Assembly: GCA_963817915.1 (NCBI GenBank)
Contig: CAWFQL010000016.1
Coordinates: forward strand, 320,001-384,000
Source: an uncultured candidate division Zixibacteria bacterium
GTDB taxonomy: Bacteria; Zixibacteria; MSB-5A5; UBA10806
Length of the DNA: 64,000 bases
Direction of reading: 5' to 3'
Shown: positions 61,136 through 64,000 of the stretch, piece after piece
Layout: each line of letters opens with the position of its first letter
Numbering within the stretch: position 1 is the stretch's first letter
Program-made: the position numbers and the translations under genes
Notes under the pieces: generated by a model
Database searches by the model: none
What the model saw: only the letters and a program-made list of their open reading frames with translations
Told to the model about the DNA's origin: nothing

Positions 61136-61894
61136 TCAATTACCAAAATTCTGAAAAAGCTCTTCCATTGTCATGATCGTAAATTTGTTTGAACGGACAA
61201 ATCTTATCATCTCATCCAAAAAGGATGCCGGACCCATTCCGGGAAAAGTATTGGATTTAATCTGTGCTTCGGACATACGGATCCATTTGTCGGGCGGGAA
61301 TTTGATCTTCAAATCGGCCCAGGCCGCCGCCGATGTAACATTCATGGCGGTAATCATTGGATGAGCGCTGATAATCTTTATCCCCGGCTGGCTGAATTGC
61401 CTGGTAAATTGCGAAAAATCCCAGTTGCGGTTCCATTTGAAATGAATACCATCCTCCCAGAAGCAGGGGAATCTCACGATCCCCGACTCATGCTTGAGCG
61501 GTGCGATATCCTGCTGGCAATCAGTTATCAAATTGGAATCGAATAATATGCCTCGTTTGGCCAGCATTTCCGTGATAATCGCGTTATCGAAACATCGGTG
61601 CGCTCGAAAACATCGGGCACCCGGCGCAAACCGAAATACAGAATCGATAACCTCATCATATGTTTTGCCGTGACTGCTACCTTTTAGAAAATTGGGATGA
61701 ATACCGGTTTCTATTTTGCCCGCTTTGCGCCACTGATCGATCAAGCCGCTCTTGTGAGTTACAAAATACGTGGCCTTGATTTCGTGTTTGTCATAGATGG
61801 CTTGCTGTATTTCCAACGCCGCCTTGCTGGCCCAGTCCATATCCGATGTAAAACAATATACCGGCGCATATTTATAATTCGGTTCGACAGTCAT
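61136..61894 (-). CDS. Polysaccharide deacetylase-like protein (WbmS-like)
   Basis: FTSDMDWA, ATYFVTH, GIHPNF, FRAHR, FWEDG and HP motifs. Confidence 0.75.
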   Translation of the reverse strand: MTVEPNYKYAPVYCFTSDMDWASKAALEIQQAIYDKHEIKATYFVTHKSGLIDQWRKAGKIETGIHPNFLKGSSHGKTYDEVIDSVFRFAPGARCFRAHRCFDNAIITEMLAKRGILFDSNLITDCQQDIAPLKHESGIVRFPCFWEDGIHFKWNRNWDFSQFTRQFSQPGIKIISAHPMITAMNVTSAAAWADLKIKFPPDKWIRMSEAQIKSNTFPGMGPASFLDEMIRFVRSNKFTIMTMEELFQNFGN

Positions 61895-61950
61895 ATTACG
61901 AATTATATAGCTATTTAATTTATGATAGTCAATAAAATGAAAACGTTATG

Positions 61951-62231
61951 GGTGCTGTCGGGTCGACATACTCGATTAATCGGTGCAGTCGGGTCGCCTG
62001 ACCCGACTGCGTATTAACTATCTAAATCTTCCCCGTGTCGTCGGCTCACCATACCCAAACCGCCGCATTTGTCGTCAGGTCGGGCGACCTGACGACACTC
62101 TTAGGTCTAACTTGGAGTGCTATCTACTCACTTCACCCGATTAATCGGTGCTGTTGGTTCGCCGTACCCTATTGATCGGTGCTGTCGGGTCGCCTGATCC
62201 GACAGCCATATTAACAAACTAAATCTTCCCC
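61951..62231. repeat. GTCG-type palindromic repeats within an approximately 85-bp direct duplication
   Basis: GTCGGGTCGCCTGA(C/T)CCGAC twice, GTCGTCAGGTCGGGCGACCTGACGAC, and repeated TAATCGGTGC. Confidence 0.75.
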
Positions 62232-63665
62232 ATCGCTACCGATCTCACCAATGAAAACGTCAGGCTGTTCTGATTAAAATTGGTGATTTCGGCATAAAGC
62301 TTCTTAGCCTCGGCGACCCTGTCGGTTTTTTCGTATGTCAACGCCAGATAATGTTTGGCGAATTGGTCCTTGGAATCGGCTTGCACTAGTTCCTTCGTGG
62401 CAGTTTTGTAATCTCGTTTCCAATACGCCACAACTCCCACGAGCGCGTGATAGCTTTCCTTGATGTTGATATTGTTTGATTCTTCCGCCGATTTTTTATA
62501 GTCCTCGATTCGGGCCTCGGCCATCTTATCTTTTTGTTGACGAGTCAAAACAATCGCTTCCGTGTAATCCGCATCGCGAATAAATCCATCGGCCAAGTCC
62601 TTTGTCGATTTCGGGTTTTTGTGCCATCGAATGCTCTTTACGGGCTTCGCGCAGGGCATTATCCAGATCTCCGATCTCGCGATAGATTTCGGCCATTAGC
62701 CCGTGAATTCCAATTTCGGTGTAGATATCTTTATGGGCGCGCGCGAATTTGAGCTGTTCCTTTAAGACAACAATACTCTTGGTGTACTTTTTCTCGTGGC
62801 TATACGATGTCGCCTTCCAGTAGTATGCCGTATTGGTGTCGGCTACCGATTGTGCCTGAGCCATATATTTATCATAGTGCTGCCGGGCCTTTTCGAAATC
62901 TCCCATAAAAAGATAATTATGCCCGATTCCGAGCAGTGATAAGGTGAATTTGGGATCCTTCTCCAATGATTTTGCATACGCGCCGATGGAATTGTTGTGA
63001 TCATCCATCCATAGATATATTTCACCCATTGAATCATGCGGATTTGCCTCGTTGGGCCTGAGTTCGGCATATCTCTTCAAGGCGTCGATAGCTTCCTGAT
63101 ATTTTCCCTGATTGGAAAGTGTATAGGCAAGCATATTGAATGCTAAGGCATAGTCGGGATTAATCTCGGTCGATTTTCTCAACTGCTTTTCGGCGTTGGC
63201 CCAATCTCCCATGCCATAGAGAAATCCGCCGTAGTAATAGTGTGCCCGCGGACTTTCAGGCAAAAACCCGATCAATTGGTCAAAATGGCCGCGGGCAAGG
63301 TCGGCACGGCCATCGGTAGCATTTTTCTGCGCGAGAATCAAAACGTGTTCCGGTTCTGACGCGTTAACCGATAACTCCACTGCCTTATTCAGTTTCTTTA
63401 GGAAGGCTTCGTTATTCGTGGATGTTAACGATGAAAAATAATACGCGATCGCACATTCGGGGTCGGCCTTAATTGCTTTTTCAAATAACGCGTTCGCCTC
63501 ATTGAATGCGAAAGCGTCATTCTTTTCGATACCCTGCTGAAGATACTTGAGCGCTTCCGGCGTTTTGCATGTGAAATTAAAATCTTGGGCCTGGGCAATC
63601 AGCGATTGTGAAACAAAAATCAACGCCGTCAAAAGCATCAACACTGAAGATCTTCTGCGAATCAT
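62219..63665 (-). CDS. Secreted TPR-repeat protein; split by a frameshift near 62601
   Basis: Signal peptide and multiple TPR helices continuing across ORFs 62526-63665 and 62219-62659. Confidence 0.8.
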
Positions 63666-64000
63666 CTGCTCCTCCTCTGTACTTCATGTTTTGGAAATTT
63701 TTTATCGGGAATATTGATCATTGCGCAATTCCCTCCTTCCAGATAATTTTTCCAAGAACGGCCAGCCTCTGATGAAGTATTCAATGATGTAAATCCGGCG
63801 AGATTTTTTGGACTAAAATAAATGTAGTATTCCTTTTCGAAAAATCAATGATTTTGCGAAAATAATAATCTACCACCATTCATATTGGTTACGAAAATTG
63901 TGTAATGAATGTTGCCACAACATCGATTTGATTTATTAATGATTGAACTGGGCTGATAATTTAGTTAACGGAGCCATGCCATCGCCCAAACTCGAATTGT

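Overview
A 64-kb bacterial chromosomal window. Dockerin-like C-termini, 'YPNPFN' FlgD/T9SS-like sorting tails and a 'TWGRIKALF' tail suggest an FCB-group organism, plausibly candidate phylum Zixibacteria (inference). Housekeeping and accessory content: a partial metallophosphoesterase, a TetR-TolC-MFP-RND efflux operon, ribA, an Rrf2-Mrp-NfuA-ferredoxin Fe-S operon divergent from rex, kdpFABCDE, several large secreted repeat proteins, alpha-2-macroglobulin plus pbpC, a Ser/Thr kinase with an FHA-GAF-PP2C gene, nnr, a RAYT transposase with REP elements, an SRA-like HNH nuclease, cstA, an M20 amidohydrolase and an ATP-grasp/LMW-PTP fusion. There are two tRNA(CAT) genes. The most striking structure is at 13683-14798. 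The initiator tRNA-fMet is followed by three exact 322-bp tandem units. Each unit is an intact 84-aa GIY-YIG nuclease gene whose stop codon lies in a copied tRNA anticodon loop, followed by a copy of the tRNA 3' half carrying a swapped-in TCCGCC-N3-GGCGGA hairpin. A hairpin-substituted copy of the tRNA 5' half sits upstream. Separately, 3'-end copies of the second tRNA(CAT) recur at 46848, 38551 and about 20942 and partition about 30 kb of cargo into att-like modules, with no integrase visible. Five genes are split by apparent frameshifts, most likely sequencing errors.
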